Positions 60,521 to 64,000 of a stretch of DNA of 64,000 bases are shown in pieces. The DNA comes from Botryllus schlosseri (Eukaryota): assembly GCA_051294905.1 (NCBI GenBank), contig CM119371.1:10170001-10234000 (forward strand), in the 5' to 3' direction. The stretch's first letter is position 1. The number at the start of each line of letters is the position of its first letter. The notes under the pieces were generated by a model, which searched no databases, was not told the origin of the DNA, and saw only the letters and a program-made list of their open reading frames with translations. A program made the position numbers and the translations under genes.

Positions 60521-63435
60521 TAGGGTTGTTCAAAATTTGGAAAATGTTTGGAATTATGCGTGTCCATCGCTTATTCTGTAGATTATTGTTAAAAAAACAA
60601 TAATGGGCTTGAAAGAAGCTCCCAGGAAAGCCGCTAACATTTGTCTAAATGCGTTTGAAAGTCGTTGTTGAAGAGTGGGCGGGCAACCGACAGCAGAGGC
60701 GGGCAATCACGAATCCACGGTTCTTGATTGGGTAATCGGTTAAGCTTCACTGATTACTGCAACAGCAGACTCGGATTCGGGAGCTTCGCTTTACTAAATT
60801 GAAAGTCTGTTTTGCTGAGGTAGAGTGTGTTAGTAGCGGTTGTGGTTCTGTATAAGCGCGTTGTGGGTTGATGAGTCATTAGTAGTACTGTAACACGTGT
60901 TCTTTGAATGCTTCACAGTCGATAGCAGTAGTTTATGATTTGGAGCAACAATAGTGCAGTCATGGCAGAGGCAAAACGGCGAAAGATTGCACACATGCCG
61001 CAGCGAAGAACAAGATCCAAATCTGAGCAGTACTTGGTCGGATATACTTGCGATTACATCTGTGGCTCGAGATTACGTACTATACGAGAAGTAATGAGTT
61101 ACTTGCTGCATCTGAAATAGCATTGTCCTCAGTCAACCCCTACTCATGAACTATATGTACTGTGGTGGTGGATGATGTAATGACAGTGTGGAAAATGGCG
61201 AGAATTGCGACAATGCAGAAATCACATGTGGTGCGGTCACTTCAAAACCTGCACGAAAGATGGCGTGATCTGAAGAAGAATCCGAAAAAGGAAAGTGATC
61301 CCAAGGGTAAGAGGAGAAAATGCACTGGTAATTTGCACAAGCTGTGGGATATTGGAAGTAGAGATGCCATAACAACAATAGAAAATGACATTTATCTATC
61401 ACATGAAAGAAAGCTTGAAGACATTGCATTTTATGAAGATCAACGGCAATCTCGCCAGTCAATAATGTTGGGAAGAGACAAAATTCTGGCTAAAGACCTC
61501 AAAAAGAAAACAGCAGCCATTGCAGATCAAACTGTTGAAAACGTTTCACACGGTGCAAGTTGATGTACAGGATGCTGTAACAGCTTTGGTTTTTGGCACC
61601 ACAGCAAGCAACAGCGGCTGGAAGAAGGGTGCAGCGAAGATCCTTGAGGACCTTCTAGGAAAGAAGGTTTTTTACCATGCGTGTCGGCACCATGTGAATG
61701 AGCTAGTAGTCAAAGACGTCTGGAAATGTTTATTTGGAAAAGCAACAACCGGACCAGAGAACACATGGTTTGCCCACCTTAAGAAGAGCTGGAGCAGTCT
61801 TGACAGAAAACAGCAATTCAAGACTCTGACTATTCCTATATGCTTTAAAGAACGAGCAGCAATGACAGTTGAGAACTTCAAGCTACTACTCGCCAGAAAA
61901 GATTTCTTCACATGGGATGACTACAAACAATGTGTGACTAATGCTCTTGCTCTTCTCGGTGCAGATGGAGATATACATCATCACAAACCTGGTGCAACAC
62001 ACCATGCAAGGTGGATGGGCACAATTATGTATGCTCAGATGATGTTCATGTGGGCTGATCAGTTACATTACAAATCTGAAGAAGTGGAACTGCTGCATCG
62101 CTTCAATTTATTTTGAGTTCTCTTTTATATCCCTGCCTGGGTTGCATCCAGCATCGGTCGTGATGCAGCCGGTAATGACTTGAGATTCATCCAGGACATG
62201 TTGAGTTACAAGGAACATGATGAACAAGTTTCCAAAGCTGCTTCACAAAAGCTTTTAAAGCATGACTGGTATATCGTGGAGGAAACCGCTGTATATGCCT
62301 TGTTTTCGCCGAGTGAAAGCAATGAAACTCGAGAAAATATGGCAAAGACGCTCCTGCAGGTAGAGCGAACTTCAAGTTTCAGGAGAGGCCCGCCCTCGTT
62401 GAATGCAACTGTACACATCAACAAGGACACTACTTTGTCTGATTTTATTGGGCCACAGTCGTGGTACATATTTGATGTTTTTGAATGCTCTGATGAATGC
62501 CCAGAGCATTCAAAAACATCAAATATCAGATTCCTACACCAGAATGAGCTCCTACATCAGTTCTGTCAAAGTCTTTAATGATGCCGCAGAACGAGGTGTA
62601 AAGCTAAGCACAGACTATGCTGCAATCTTGACTGACATTGAACAACAAAGAGACAGTCTGCTTCAAGATGTGGAACAGCATAGGAAGACAGTTGGAGACA
62701 GCAGGAAGTCAACTCTAATCAAAAGCCTGTAATCTGCAACTTGTGCCTGACAATGCAACACTGATCTGCAACGTACTTTTTTAATGCCTTTTGTAAATAG
62801 TGCTTTTCGCCTTCATTCAATTGTGAATAAAAAGTGTAATATGCGTTCGTTTATGGGTGAGACGTCGACTAGTCATAACAAGTACTACTGAGATGTTGAC
62901 TCCTGGTGGTAAATTTTTGAGTTTCACTCACTGTCAGTAACTTTTGGAAAGGTTGAAGGTAGCAAGATGCATGCATCTAGTTTATTCGTATCTCAACTAG
63001 CGAGAGCACCTGTGCAATACATAGCACTTTCTGCAGGTAGATATTACCTTAGGCGGTTGCAATGTTATACTATAGGCTCTTGATGACAACATTAACAAAG
63101 GCAATATATCATGTCTGTAATGCCACCAAAAGAAACGACTGCACAACAGCACGCAAAAATCGTTACCAGCAGTGTTCAGAAAGTCGGTCTTTCAGCCAAT
63201 CATTAGCTTATTATTACCGGCTTCAACCAATCAGGATTAATGGCTTCTCTTTGCCCGCCCACTTCATCGGTTCCCCGCCCACTCGCCGACAGCTACTTTC
63301 AAACGCATTTAGACAAATATTACCGGCTTTCCTGCGAGCTTCTTTCAAGCCCATTATTGTTTTTTAACAATAATCTACAGAATAAGCGATGGACACGCAG
63401 AATTCCAAACATTTTCCAAATTTTGAACAACCCTA
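60521..63435 (+). mobile_element. hATm-like DNA transposon with a decayed transposase (~60960-62732)
   Basis: TIR tagggttgttcaaaatttggaaaatgtttggaatt.. (~140 bp near-perfect, degenerate to ~200 bp); perfect TSD gtgtgtaa. Transposase motifs WKMARIAT, FYEDQR, F(G)TTASNSG, ACRHH, PGATHHARWM and NDAAERGVKL, broken by stops, frameshifts and an internal deletion at ~61560. Confidence 0.88.
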
Positions 63436-64000
63436 GTGTGTAATGAGAAATTAGTAAGATGCAGCATCTCATAATCTGTTTTTTTGTTATTTTCAAACAA
63501 GTTTTGGAGAAATTTGTCAGAAATATAAAAGACTCAACAACTGGAATGCGGATTCGAACTTACCGTAAGATATACCATATGTATACTATGCTACTCATCT
63601 ACTATGCTATGTGCTCTTCTTTACATGACGATAAGTGCAGGGGTTTCCGGGGCGCAATTTTTTGACCATTGGCAAGGGAGGCGCATGTCAAAAAAAAGTT
63701 GAGAACCGCTGATCTATGTACAATATTTGATACTTTTTTCATACTTTCGCGGTTGCCCAACCTATCAGGGTATGCTGTATTTTTATGTGAGGAATTATTC
63801 TTTTATATTCTGAATATTTTGGATGTAATCATTCATTTAAACTGCCCTGGTGCACAAATTTATTCTCCAAATTTTGTGTTATATGCCAGCGATGTAAGTT
63901 GCCCAATTATCGAAGAGGGTAAGAAAAATATATGCGAGATTATTAGGGAATCACAACTTAAACTCATGTTAAACTAGTGTGGAAAAGTACCGATTGCAGT

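Overview
AT-rich, repeat-dense eukaryotic DNA that looks like an invertebrate animal (GT-AG introns, C2H2 zinc-finger array, tRNA-derived SINE). The species cannot be identified from the sequence. The only clearly intact genes are two intronless class I SAM-dependent methyltransferase paralogs (4115-4972 and 11432-12289). There is also a 16-finger C2H2 ORF with ragged ends (47605-49002) and an intronless FLVCR/SLC49-like MFS transporter pseudogene with scattered fragments. Most of the rest is layered transposable elements: at least 15 hAT-type elements/MITEs with readable 8-bp target-site duplications (TSDs), a decayed hATm transposon, two fold-back palindromic MITEs, a truncated Gypsy pol, and a gag-only BEL/Pao LTR element. 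The least obvious structure is an apparent ~14-kb CMC/EnSpm-like element (28497-42426). It lacks a transposase, carries a seven-exon, phase-compatible DUF4806-like gene that the ORF track misses, and hosts a stack of nested insertions. All family assignments come from motif recognition by eye, not database searches. I found no clear evidence of a wholly new biological system.
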